The notes under the pieces were generated by a model. It did no database searches. It was not told the origin of the DNA and saw only the letters and a list, made by a program, of their open reading frames with translations. Made by a program: the position numbers and the translations under genes. A stretch of 63,691 bases of DNA, filler included, from an uncultured bacterium (lineage in GTDB: Bacteria > CAYJRR01), in assembly GCA_964372275.1 (NCBI GenBank). It is 3 parts of 3 records of this genome, joined end to end, with 100 filler letters (N's around TTAATTAATTAA, not from the genome) between each part and the next. Parts side by side here need not be neighbours in the genome. Positions count along the whole stretch, not along the records: positions 1 to 22,522 come from CAYJRR010000077.1; 2 more parts are not named here. One strand, given 5' to 3'. This document shows positions 10,918 through 19,100 of the stretch, piece by piece. Every line of letters begins with the position of its first letter. Position 1 is the first letter of the stretch.

Positions 10918-12285
10918 TCAGGCCTCCGTCCCGTATCTCGCCGCGCGGGCCTTCTCCAGCTCGAAACGGGCGATGTCCTCGCGCATCGCGGAGATCGCCT
11001 CCGTCAGGCGCGCGATCTCCCCTTTGAGCTCGGCGATCAGCTCGCGATCGCGCGCTTCGCGCAACTCGGTCCCCTCCAACGCGCCCAGGGCGCGCTTGAG
11101 CTCGCCTTCGCGCACCGCGACCATCTCCTCGGCGGCGGCGGCCCGCGTCCGCGCGTCGGCCGCCTCCGACTCCGCCCGCGCGGTCTTCGCGTCGGCCGCC
11201 GCGGCCCGATCGGTCGCCTCGCGCAGCGCCGTCTCCCGCTGGTGGACCAGGCTCCGGAGCCCCTCCACGGCGTCGTCGGACAGGCCGGAACTCAGCGAGG
11301 TGATCTCGGTGCGGATCGTGACCTCGCCGGAAGCGGTCACCTCCCGCCGTTCGCTCCGTCCGCTGCCCTCCTCGACCCGTCGCTCGGCGACCAACGCCCG
11401 GGCCAGGGCGCTCTCGGCCTTCTCACGCGCCGACGCGAGCTCCGTTCGCAGGTCGCGCACCAGGCGATCGGACTCCTCCGCTTTGGCGCGGTCGTCCCGG
11501 TGGCGTTCCGCCTCCGCGAGCGCCTCCTCGACCAGCCGCCGCTGCTCCTTCTCCGCCGCTTCCGCCCGCGCGATCGCGCCGGAGACGGTCCGTTCCATCG
11601 CCGCGACGTCCTCGCGGGTGGTGGCGTTCCGGGCGAGCGCTTCCGCGGCCTCCAGAGCCTTCTCCAAGTCGGCGACACGTCGCTCCGCGGCCGCCAGGCG
11701 CGCCGCGATCTCGGCCCGGGCGGCGGCGTCGTCGGCCCGGCGCTTCGCCTCGGAGGCGTCGCGCGCCGCCGACTCGGCCTCGATCGCGTGCAGCCGGCCG
11801 GAAAGTTCCTTTCCCTCCTCGCGGGCGCGCTTCAGGTCGGCGCGCGTCTGGGCCAGTTCGGACTCGGACGAGCCCGCGTTCTTCCGTGCGACGTCGCGCT
11901 CGCGCCGCAACGCCGAGAGCTCCCCTTCCAGCCCCTTCAGTCGGCCGGCCAGGAGCTCCTTCTCCCGCTCGAGCGCCGCGGCCGTCTCCCGCGCCCGCGC
12001 GGCTTCGCCGGCCGCCCGATCGGCCTCCGACCGCGCGGCGTCCCGTTCCCGGGTCCGCTGCTCGACCTCGGCGGCGATCGGCGCGGCGGGCGCTTTCGGC
12101 CCGCTCTGGATCCGGCCTCGTTGCCTGGCGATCTCGGCTTCGAGCAGCGCAATGCGCTCGGCCGCGGCGCGCTTCTCCCCCCGCGCGCGGTCCGCCTCCT
12201 CGACGGCCAGCCGCGCGCGCTCGCGCAATCCTTCCAGCTCGGCCAAGAGACGCTCGATCTCGCGGTCGCGATCCACCGTCGGCAC
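10918..12285 (-). CDS. Long coiled-coil hypothetical protein (about 455 aa)
   Basis: GTG overlapping the upstream TAG (TAGTG); heptad-rich E/R/A/L sequence; the longer track ORF upstream is a shadow of the SH3 gene. Confidence 0.75.
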   Translation of the reverse strand: MPTVDRDREIERLLAELEGLRERARLAVEEADRARGEKRAAAERIALLEAEIARQRGRIQSGPKAPAAPIAAEVEQRTRERDAARSEADRAAGEAARARETAAALEREKELLAGRLKGLEGELSALRRERDVARKNAGSSESELAQTRADLKRAREEGKELSGRLHAIEAESAARDASEAKRRADDAAARAEIAARLAAAERRVADLEKALEAAEALARNATTREDVAAMERTVSGAIARAEAAEKEQRRLVEEALAEAERHRDDRAKAEESDRLVRDLRTELASAREKAESALARALVAERRVEEGSGRSERREVTASGEVTIRTEITSLSSGLSDDAVEGLRSLVHQRETALREATDRAAAADAKTARAESEAADARTRAAAAEEMVAVREGELKRALGALEGTELREARDRELIAELKGEIARLTEAISAMREDIARFELEKARAARYGTEA

Positions 12286-13469
12286 TAGAAGCGATACGTG
12301 CCGTTCACCACGTAGAGCAGATAGGTGTCGGTCGTCTTGGCGTTCGAGATGGCGTTGTTGAAGCGACGCCCGTCCCCTTCGAAGGTGGCGTTGAACGACT
12401 GGTACTCGATCCCCACGTCGATCCCCATCGCGTCCGACAGTTTGTAGTAGCCGCCGGCGGCGACGCCGATCCCGGAGACGCCGGCCGGGGTCCCCGTGGC
12501 GTTCGGATCTCCCTCCTTCACCGACGTCGCGACCCAGAAGTCGAATCCGGCCCGTACCCCCATCGAGCCGAAGGGGACGTCGGCGCCGAGCCCGATCACC
12601 GGGCCGCTGTAGGAGCTGTTGAGAAGGAAGAGGTTCTCCTCCCCGAGAACGACGGGATCGATCCGCATCTCGTGGATGTGGTACCCGGCCCGGAGGCTCG
12701 CACTCGGCGCGACCTCCCCCGATCCGAAGAAGTACCGGCCGGCGACATCGACCTCGATCTGGTTGATGTTCGTCGGAATGCCGTCGACCCGCTTCGAGAT
12801 CGGCGCCGAGAATTCGGCGATCATCGACGCGAAGACCGACGCGAACCGCAGGTGCGCGCCGGCCATCGGATGGAACCAGTAGTCGACGTCGGCGTTGATG
12901 CCGCTGTAGGTCGTCTTGGCACCGACGCTCCGGTTGAATCCACCGTCGGCCTTGACCGTGTAGGCGTTCGTCGCCAGCTTCAGACCCGCCTTCGCCGAGA
13001 GTCCGACGCGCCCGGAGGGATCGGACGAGCCTTCGTCNNNNNNNNNNNNNNNNNNNNNNNNNNNNNNNNNNNNNNNNNNTTCTTCCTCCTCCTCGTCCTC
13101 CTCTTCTTCCTCCTCCTCCTCGGCGCTGGGCTTCGCCCGTCCGGGTCGGACCTGCGACTTCATGACGAAACCGACCTGGCCCTTCTGGGTGCGAACCCGG
13201 ACCCACATGCCGCGGATCCCGCCGACCTGGAGAACGGTCCCCTTGGGAAGCTGCGTGATGACGCGCGACTTCTCGTTCGGCTCGGCGAACAGCCGGGCCC
13301 GTTCGGCGGTGACGGTCGCCCACGACGGGCCGGCGTTCTGCGCCACGATCGTGGGAACGGGGGGCGGCTCGAGCTCGTTCGTTCCCGGAAGACCCTGGGC
13401 GCCGGACGTACCGGATAGTCCGAGGAGCAGGATCGTTCCTGCCAAGGCAGCACGGCGTCGGAAGCCCAT
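12285..13469 (-). CDS. SH3b domain + acidic linker + outer-membrane beta-barrel protein
   Basis: Signal peptide; SH3b ARLFAEPNEKSRVITQLPKGTVLQV...WVRV...GFV; poly-E tract spanning N gap 13038-13079; amphipathic beta strands ending NGTYRF. Confidence 0.8.
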   Translation of the reverse strand: MGFRRRAALAGTILLLGLSGTSGAQGLPGTNELEPPPVPTIVAQNAGPSWATVTAERARLFAEPNEKSRVITQLPKGTVLQVGGIRGMWVRVRTQKGQVGFVMKSQVRPGRAKPSAEEEEEEEEDEEEEEXXXXXXXXXXXXXXDEGSSDPSGRVGLSAKAGLKLATNAYTVKADGGFNRSVGAKTTYSGINADVDYWFHPMAGAHLRFASVFASMIAEFSAPISKRVDGIPTNINQIEVDVAGRYFFGSGEVAPSASLRAGYHIHEMRIDPVVLGEENLFLLNSSYSGPVIGLGADVPFGSMGVRAGFDFWVATSVKEGDPNATGTPAGVSGIGVAAGGYYKLSDAMGIDVGIEYQSFNATFEGDGRRFNNAISNAKTTDTYLLYVVNGTYRF

Positions 13470-13506
13470 CGCCCTCTCCCGGCCTACGAAGTCCTACGAC
13501 GGAAGC

Positions 13507-14360
13507 CTACCAGCCGTCGTCCCCGCCGCCGCCGTCATCGCCGCCACCACCGCCGGAGTCGCCGCCGCCGGAGCCCCAGTCATCGCCCCCGCCGCCGGCA
13601 TCCCCGCCGCCNNNNNNNNNNNNNNNNNNNNNNNNNNNNNNNNNNNNNNNNNNNNNNNNNNNNNNNNNNNNNNNNNNNNNNNNNNNNNNNNNNNNNNNNN
13701 NNNNNNNNNNNCCCCGCCGCCGGCATCCCCGCCGCCCGCATCTCCGCCGCCCCAGTCGTCACCGCCCGCGGCGGCACCGGCATCTCCGGAGCCTGCGGCC
13801 GCCCCCGCGTCTCCACCCCCGGCCCAATCATCGCCGCCGGATGCCGCCGCGTCGCCGCCGCCTCCTCCAGAGGCTCCGTCGGACCAACCGTCGCCGCCGC
13901 CGGCCGCGGTCGCCGTCCCGGAGTCTCCGCCGCCTCCGCCGGCGTCGCCGCCGCTCCAATCGTCCGTCGCCGCCGCCGCGGTACCGGTGTCACCGCCGCC
14001 ACCGCCGCCACCGCCGCCTGCTGCACCCTTCTGCTCCCAGGAGAAGCCGTAGCGGCTGCGGGCCCGGACGAACTTCTTCTGCAGCCACCCTTCGAACGAC
14101 ACCGACTCTTCCCCACGGGCGATCTCGGCCTTCAGCTTCACCCATTGCCCGTCGGGGGTGTGGTCGATCACGTCGATGGCGGTACCGACCTGCAGCTTGA
14201 TCTTCGACTTCGCCTTGTCCTTCGGCTCCGCCCGAAGATCGACGTTCACCGCGTTGACGATCCCCTTCTCGGCAGACGCGGTGAACGGCAGGAGGTTCGC
14301 CCCCGCGCACGCCGCGGCGATCGCCAACGTCTTCCATCGGTCGAACCACGAGAACCGCAT
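13507..14360 (-). CDS. Secreted SH3b protein with Gly/Asp/Trp-rich low-complexity tail
   Basis: Signal peptide, SH3b VDLRAEP...WVKL...EGWL; past the N gap (13612-13711) the matching frame reads GGGDAGGGGDDWGSGGGDSGGGGGDDGGGGDDGW with TAG at 13507-13509. Confidence 0.78.
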
Positions 14361-14388
14361 CGCTGCCTCCGTCGCAGTGGGTTCGGGT

Positions 14389-14769
14389 CTACTCGGCGTA
14401 GTCTCCGTGCGAGATCAGCACGTCCTTTACGAAATCCGCATCGTACGGGATATCGCGGCCCAGCTTCTCGTTGTGGCACTTCTGGCAGGTGAACTTGATG
14501 ACACCCTCCTCTTGCGGATGCGGGAAGAGGTCCTGGTGAGCCACGTCCTTGTCCTTGGCGTACGGCTTGCCGCCGTGACAGGTGTCACAGCGGTAGTTGT
14601 GGTTGCGCGCAATCGGGAGCCGGTAGGCGTGGCACGGGAGGCAGACGCGCTCGGAACCCCAGAGGCGCTCCGACTCGAGGCGCGCCTTGTTGACGCACGC
14701 GGCGGAAAAAACGGTCAGCGCCGCTGCCAGCGCCAGCGAACCGATGACCATGCCCCGCGTCGATCCCAT
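14389..14769 (-). CDS. Triheme c-type cytochrome lipoprotein (copy 1)
   Basis: Lipobox SAAC; CLPCH, CDTCH, CQKCH; GGAGGG upstream of ATG. Confidence 0.88.
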   Translation of the reverse strand: MGSTRGMVIGSLALAAALTVFSAACVNKARLESERLWGSERVCLPCHAYRLPIARNHNYRCDTCHGGKPYAKDKDVAHQDLFPHPQEEGVIKFTCQKCHNEKLGRDIPYDADFVKDVLISHGDYAE

Positions 14770-14812
14770 CAAACCCTCCGGTTCCCCACATTTTCCCCGA
14801 ACCGGTCGGCTC

Positions 14813-14833
14813 GCGTCAACGCCCCCTTGACGC
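14813..14833. promoter_or_regulatory. Inverted repeat GCGTCAA-N7-TTGACGC overlapping a candidate -35 (TTGACG) of cytochrome copy 1
   Basis: Perfect 7-bp arms in intergenic DNA; on the minus strand TTGACG-N18-GAAAAT. Confidence 0.35.
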
Positions 14834-14988
14834 AATAGCCTCCGGATTTCAGGGATCTATGCAACGGCCGAACGGGCACGCGAATGCCCTTCGCCCGCGC
14901 CGTCGAGACCGTCGTGCCACAATCTAGTTTGAAATCGAACGCCTCCCAACGTCGTTCACGACCTGGGGAGACGGCCGCCGTCCGGTGG

Positions 14989-15378
14989 CTATTCGGCGTA
15001 GTCGCCGTGTGAAACGAGCAGGTCCTTCACGAACTCGGCGTCGTAGGGCACGTCTTTGCCCAACTTCTCGTTGTGGCACTTCTGGCAGGTGAACTTGATG
15101 ACCGTGTCGTCCTGCGGCCGGGGGAAAAGGTCTTTGTGCGCAATCTCTTTGGCCTTGGCGTTCGGCTTCCCGCCGTGGCAGGTGTCGCAGGGATAGTTGT
15201 GGTTTCGCGCGATCGGAAGGCGGTAGGCGTGGCACGGGAGACATCCACGTTTCGCGCCCCACAACTCGTTCGACTTGTTGATCACGTCCTTGTTCGCGTT
15301 GGAACAGGCGCCGGCGCTTAGGCCCAGGGTGCCCACGGCGCCCCAGACGATCAGCATTCCGCGAACCGACGAGCTCAT
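14989..15378 (-). CDS. Triheme c-type cytochrome lipoprotein (copy 2)
   Basis: Lipobox AGAC; same three CXXCH motifs; near-identical core to copy 1; G-rich RBS. Confidence 0.88.
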   Translation of the reverse strand: MSSSVRGMLIVWGAVGTLGLSAGACSNANKDVINKSNELWGAKRGCLPCHAYRLPIARNHNYPCDTCHGGKPNAKAKEIAHKDLFPRPQDDTVIKFTCQKCHNEKLGKDVPYDAEFVKDLLVSHGDYAE

Positions 15379-15519
15379 CGACGTCCCCCCCCTTGGGAAT
15401 GACCGCGGCCGGAAGACGGCCCGCATTCCTCGGTACTCTACCTCCAAACCCCGTTCGATCGCCAACTTCGTCGGCCTCCCGCCTTGACCCCTCGATCGGG
15501 CGACACGTACACTTTTCGC

Positions 15520-16193
15520 GTGTTTTTCCCGCCGAAGCGATCGGCCGCGTTCCTGGTCTCCGCCGGGATCGCGCTCGTCGCGCGGGCGACCTTGGCGCTG
15601 GAAGACGACCCGCCGACCCTGCACGCGCTGGTCGCCTCCGCCGACCTGATCGTCGTCGGAAAGATCGTCCGGACGACCCACGTCGAGCGGGACAACGAGA
15701 TGTACGACATCAGCTTCAACAAGAACCGCCGCTACACGGCTGTGATCGCGACGCTCGACGTGCAGGAGACGCTCAAGGGGAGCGCCGGATCTTCGTCGGT
15801 GAAGTTCGTCTTCCCCAAGATCCCGCGCGTGAAGGGGGAGCCGGTCTACGACCTGAACCGGGACGGAGTCTGGCTGCTCCGTCGCTCGTCGCGACGCGAC
15901 GAATACCTCGCCGACGAACCGGGCCGGTATCTCCCGCGCGAGCAGAAGGCGAAGATCCAGGGCCTGATCGAAGAACGTGTGCGGTCTTTCAACCTGTTCA
16001 TGGATAAGATTGAACGACAGCGTCTCCTGGTCGGCGACGAAATCGATACTCTCGTCTCTCGAACGGCGAGCCAGGACCTGAGCAAGCATGTTGCCGTCNN
16101 NNNNNNNNCGACCCGGCGGCTGCGCCTTCCTCCGCCGGCGCCGCGCCCTCTTCGCCGGATGCTCCTCTCGAGGAAGAAGCGGCATCGCCGTGA
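15520..16193 (+). CDS. Exported hypothetical protein (spans 10-N gap)
   Basis: Signal-like N-terminus, LVASADLIVVGKIV...VQETLKG; after gap 16099-16108 a frame reads DPAAAP...EEEAASP* with GTGA coupling to the next gene. Confidence 0.65.
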
Positions 16194-17002
16194 GCGACGC
16201 GTCGACGCTCCCGGCGTCGGCGGCGGGCGCGGGCGACGAGTCCGGAGTCGGCCTCCCGCCGGGCCCCCCGGAATCGTCGGAGGGTACGTTCGACCCGAAC
16301 CGAAACCTGGTCTACGACGTCCTGTTCGACATCGCCGACCTGGAGCTCGTCGGCCGGCTGAAGTGGGACGTCTTCTCCACGGAACGCCGTCTGGAACAGG
16401 CGATTCGCGACGACGCGCGCCTGGCGAGGGAGGCGCCCGACCTGCGCGAGGCGCTGGCCTCGGCGCTCGACCGCCTTCGTTCGGACGCCGACCTTCGCGA
16501 CTACAAGGAGCGTTTCGTCCGCAGCGAAGAGCGCCTGAAGCTCAAGGAACTGGTCCGGTTCCTGGAACTCGCCGTGCGGGTCCGCGAGCCGCTGCACGCC
16601 GCCTGGACCCGCTATCTCGAGCACGACCACGACCGGCTCCGCCGGGAGCTGGATCGGATCGACGTCGACGGGATCGTCCGCCCGCCGGCCGGCTCGCGCG
16701 TCTCGGCCCCGCGGGAGACCGAACCGCGGCGCTGCATGGCGGTCCTGGTGCATACCGAACGCTCGGCGCGCCAGGTGTTCAAGGAGCTGCCGTTCCTCGA
16801 CTACGCCCGGCAGATCGCCTGGTTCGAAGAGCGGAACGCCGTGCTCGCCGACCGGATTTGCGACGCGCGCGCGCTCTATCTGCATGCCGAGCTCGCGCGC
16901 CGGACCGCCTCGGTCGCCGTCCACCTGCGCTGGTTGGCGGCCGGAACCGCCGTCTGCGCCGCGGTCGCCGCCGCCGCCGTTCTCGCCGAAGTTTTTCGGT
17001 GA
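16190..17002 (+). CDS. Hypothetical protein with C-terminal TM segment
   Basis: GTG overlapping upstream TGA; charged helical body, hydrophobic tail WLAAGTAVCAAVAAAAVL. Confidence 0.7.
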   Translation: MSDASTLPASAAGAGDESGVGLPPGPPESSEGTFDPNRNLVYDVLFDIADLELVGRLKWDVFSTERRLEQAIRDDARLAREAPDLREALASALDRLRSDADLRDYKERFVRSEERLKLKELVRFLELAVRVREPLHAAWTRYLEHDHDRLRRELDRIDVDGIVRPPAGSRVSAPRETEPRRCMAVLVHTERSARQVFKELPFLDYARQIAWFEERNAVLADRICDARALYLHAELARRTASVAVHLRWLAAGTAVCAAVAAAAVLAEVFR

Positions 17003-17054
17003 CCCGTTTTCGCTTGCGATCGAACCCGGCACGGCGATAGCTTCGCCGGCTTCC

Positions 17055-18098
17055 GTGAGCTCGCCGACGACCCAGCCGAACGATCACGCCGACGTCGTCG
17101 GACGGATCCTTTCTCTCCTCCGCGCCGGACGGAGCTTCCTGATCACCAGCCAGCTCGATCCCGACGGCGACTCCGTCGGCAGCCAGCTCGCTCTCCGGCG
17201 AGTGATCCTCGCCGAGATCGGAGACGGCGCCGAAGCGGGCGAACCGGCGCGGCGGATCGCGGTCGTCAACCAGGTCCCCTGCCCCAAGCGCTACGCCTTC
17301 CTCCCCGACGCGGAGGCGATCGTCACCCCCGCCGACGTCGAAGGCCGTTCGTTCGACGTCGGCTTCGTGCTGGACGGCGGCGTCGATCGCACGGGGACGG
17401 CACGGCCGCTGTTCCAGGCCTGCCGGCAGAAGGTGATCGTCGATCACCACAAGACGACGCAGGCGGCCGGGTACGACATCGCCTTCATCGAGCCGGAGAT
17501 CTCGTCGACGGCGGAGATGGTCTTCCGGCTGATCGAGGATCCCCGCTCCCGCGCCACCCTCGATCCGGCGACTGCCGCGCAGATCTACCTGGGGATGATC
17601 TACGACACCGGGTCGTTCCAATACGCGCTCACCACGTCGCGCACACACCGCATCGCGGCGCAGTTGCTCGAGCAGGGGATCCGCCATTCGGAGATTGCGG
17701 AACGGGTGATGCTGGAGTCGCCGCTCAACGCCAAGATCCTCCTCGGCCGCACCCTCAACGAGATGCGCGTGATCCGGGGGGGGCGCGTGGCGTGGACCAC
17801 CGTCCCGCAGACGCTGGCCCGCGAGACCAACACCACCGACGAAGACGTCCGCGGGATCATCACCCAGATGATCTTCATCGAAGGGGTCCGGGTCGCGCTC
17901 CTGTTCTACGAGCGGGAGAACGGACGCGTGAAACTCTCCTTGCGGAGTCGAGAAGGTTTCGACGTGGCGAACTTCGCGCGAACGCTCGACCCGGGCGGCG
18001 GCGGACATGCGCGCGCGGCGGGGTGCACCGTCGACGGTCCGCTCGAAGAGGCGGTCCGACGGGTGATCGACGCGCTCGAGCGCCGTCTGGACGCGTAG
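17055..18098 (+). CDS. nrnA: DHH/DHHA1 phosphoesterase (NanoRNase/pAp phosphatase)
   Basis: PDGDSVGS, IVDHH, SSTAE, YDTGSF, SLRS, GGGHARAAG. Confidence 0.92.
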   Translation: MSSPTTQPNDHADVVGRILSLLRAGRSFLITSQLDPDGDSVGSQLALRRVILAEIGDGAEAGEPARRIAVVNQVPCPKRYAFLPDAEAIVTPADVEGRSFDVGFVLDGGVDRTGTARPLFQACRQKVIVDHHKTTQAAGYDIAFIEPEISSTAEMVFRLIEDPRSRATLDPATAAQIYLGMIYDTGSFQYALTTSRTHRIAAQLLEQGIRHSEIAERVMLESPLNAKILLGRTLNEMRVIRGGRVAWTTVPQTLARETNTTDEDVRGIITQMIFIEGVRVALLFYERENGRVKLSLRSREGFDVANFARTLDPGGGGHARAAGCTVDGPLEEAVRRVIDALERRLDA

Positions 18099-18164
18099 AG
18101 CCGACTTCGGCACGCCGCACCCAACCCGACGGGAGAGGTCTCGACGTCCGCTCGACCCCGGACG

Positions 18165-18196
18165 AACGAAAGCCCCGGGACCGGCAGTCCCAGGGC
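18165..18196 (-). terminator. Intrinsic terminator after the Lys-rich microprotein gene
   Basis: Minus strand GCCCTGGGAC-TGCCG-GTCCCGGGGC followed by TTTCGTT. Confidence 0.75.
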
Positions 18197-18222
18197 CTTC
18201 GAAACGCGCCGCTCGAGAGCGG

Positions 18223-18291
18223 CTACTTCTTCTTCGACCGCTTCGTCGCCTTCTTCGCGGCCTTCTTCTTGGTCTTCTTCTTCGCTGCCAT
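18223..18291 (-). CDS. 22-aa Lys-rich microprotein MAAKKKTKKKAAKKATKRSKKK
   Basis: GGAGG RBS 10 nt upstream of ATG, all Lys codons AAG, TAG stop, own promoter and terminator; below the ORF-track length cutoff. Confidence 0.75.
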   Translation of the reverse strand: MAAKKKTKKKAAKKATKRSKKK

Positions 18292-18332
18292 GGCGTCTCG
18301 ACCTCCTCTGGGGTTACGGGACCACGGACGGA

Positions 18333-18362
18333 ACACTAGGTCGCGGCGCGCGCCTCTGTCAA
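18333..18362 (-). promoter_or_regulatory. Sigma-70 promoter TTGACA-N18-TAGTGT for the microprotein gene
   Basis: Perfect -35 consensus, which is rare at this GC content. Confidence 0.65.
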
Positions 18363-18820
18363 CGCTTCGTCGGTGGATCTCCGCCCCATCCGACCCAGGT
18401 CGATCCGTCGGCGAAGCGCTCCTTCTTCCAGATCGGCACGATCTCCTTCAATCGTTCGATCGCGTGGGCCACGCAGGCGATCGCTTCGCGCCTCCGCTCG
18501 GCTCCGACCGCGATCACCACCGACGCATCGCCGACGACCAACTCCCCCACCCGATGCACGATCGAGATCTTCTTCCTCCCGGCGGCATCGGAACGCGCCA
18601 TCGCTTCCCGCCCGACCTCGGCCATCTTGGCCTCCGCCATCTCCACGAACGCCTCGTAGAGGATCCCGACCACCCCGTGGCGGTCTCCGGCGTGATCGCG
18701 CACCACGCCCACGAACGTGGCGATGGCGCCGTGTCCCGGATCGGCCACGCGAGCGACCTCGCGCTCGACCGAGAGCGGCCGATCGGTGATTTCGTAGTGG
18801 CCGGAACCGTCCGAGATCAT
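18359..18820 (-). CDS. moaE: Molybdopterin synthase catalytic subunit
   Basis: GAIATFVGVVRD, YEAF, HRVGELVVGDASV, LKEIVPIWKKE. Confidence 0.93.
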   Translation of the reverse strand: MISDGSGHYEITDRPLSVEREVARVADPGHGAIATFVGVVRDHAGDRHGVVGILYEAFVEMAEAKMAEVGREAMARSDAAGRKKISIVHRVGELVVGDASVVIAVGAERRREAIACVAHAIERLKEIVPIWKKERFADGSTWVGWGGDPPTKR

Positions 18821-18827
18821 CGACGCA

Positions 18828-19100
18828 CTAGCGGCATCGCGGCGCACCCGTGCGCGCCCCGCCGGCGACCGGCGGAAGAAGGGCCAGCTCGTCGCCGTCG
18901 CGCAGCGGCCGATCGGCCGCCACGTATTCGCGCTCGACGGCGAACATCGTCGACCGCAGGAGCCGGGGCAGGTCGGACCGTCCCCGGAACAGCCGCTCGA
19001 ACGCGGTCCGTGGCGTCGCCCCGTCCGGCAGCTCGAGCTCGACCGATTCGGCCCCCAGGAGCTCGCGATAGACGGCGAAGGCGCGGACGCGGATCGTCAC
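18828..19100 (-). CDS. moaD: Molybdopterin synthase sulfur carrier with 9-aa extension after GG
   Basis: VRAFAVYRELLG...LRDGDELALLPPVAGG-ARTGAPRCR*; GTG overlaps the upstream stop. Confidence 0.88.
   Translation of the reverse strand: MTIRVRAFAVYRELLGAESVELELPDGATPRTAFERLFRGRSDLPRLLRSTMFAVEREYVAADRPLRDGDELALLPPVAGGARTGAPRCR

Noticed and set aside
14855-14925. Possible sigma-54 promoter between the cytochrome genes (TGGCACG and TTGCA on the minus strand)
   Set aside because: The two elements are not at GG-N10-GC spacing
17140-17175. His-to-Gln change before the PDGD motif in NrnA (SQLDPDGD)
   Set aside because: The DxD, DHH and GGGH motifs are intact, so there is no evidence of altered function
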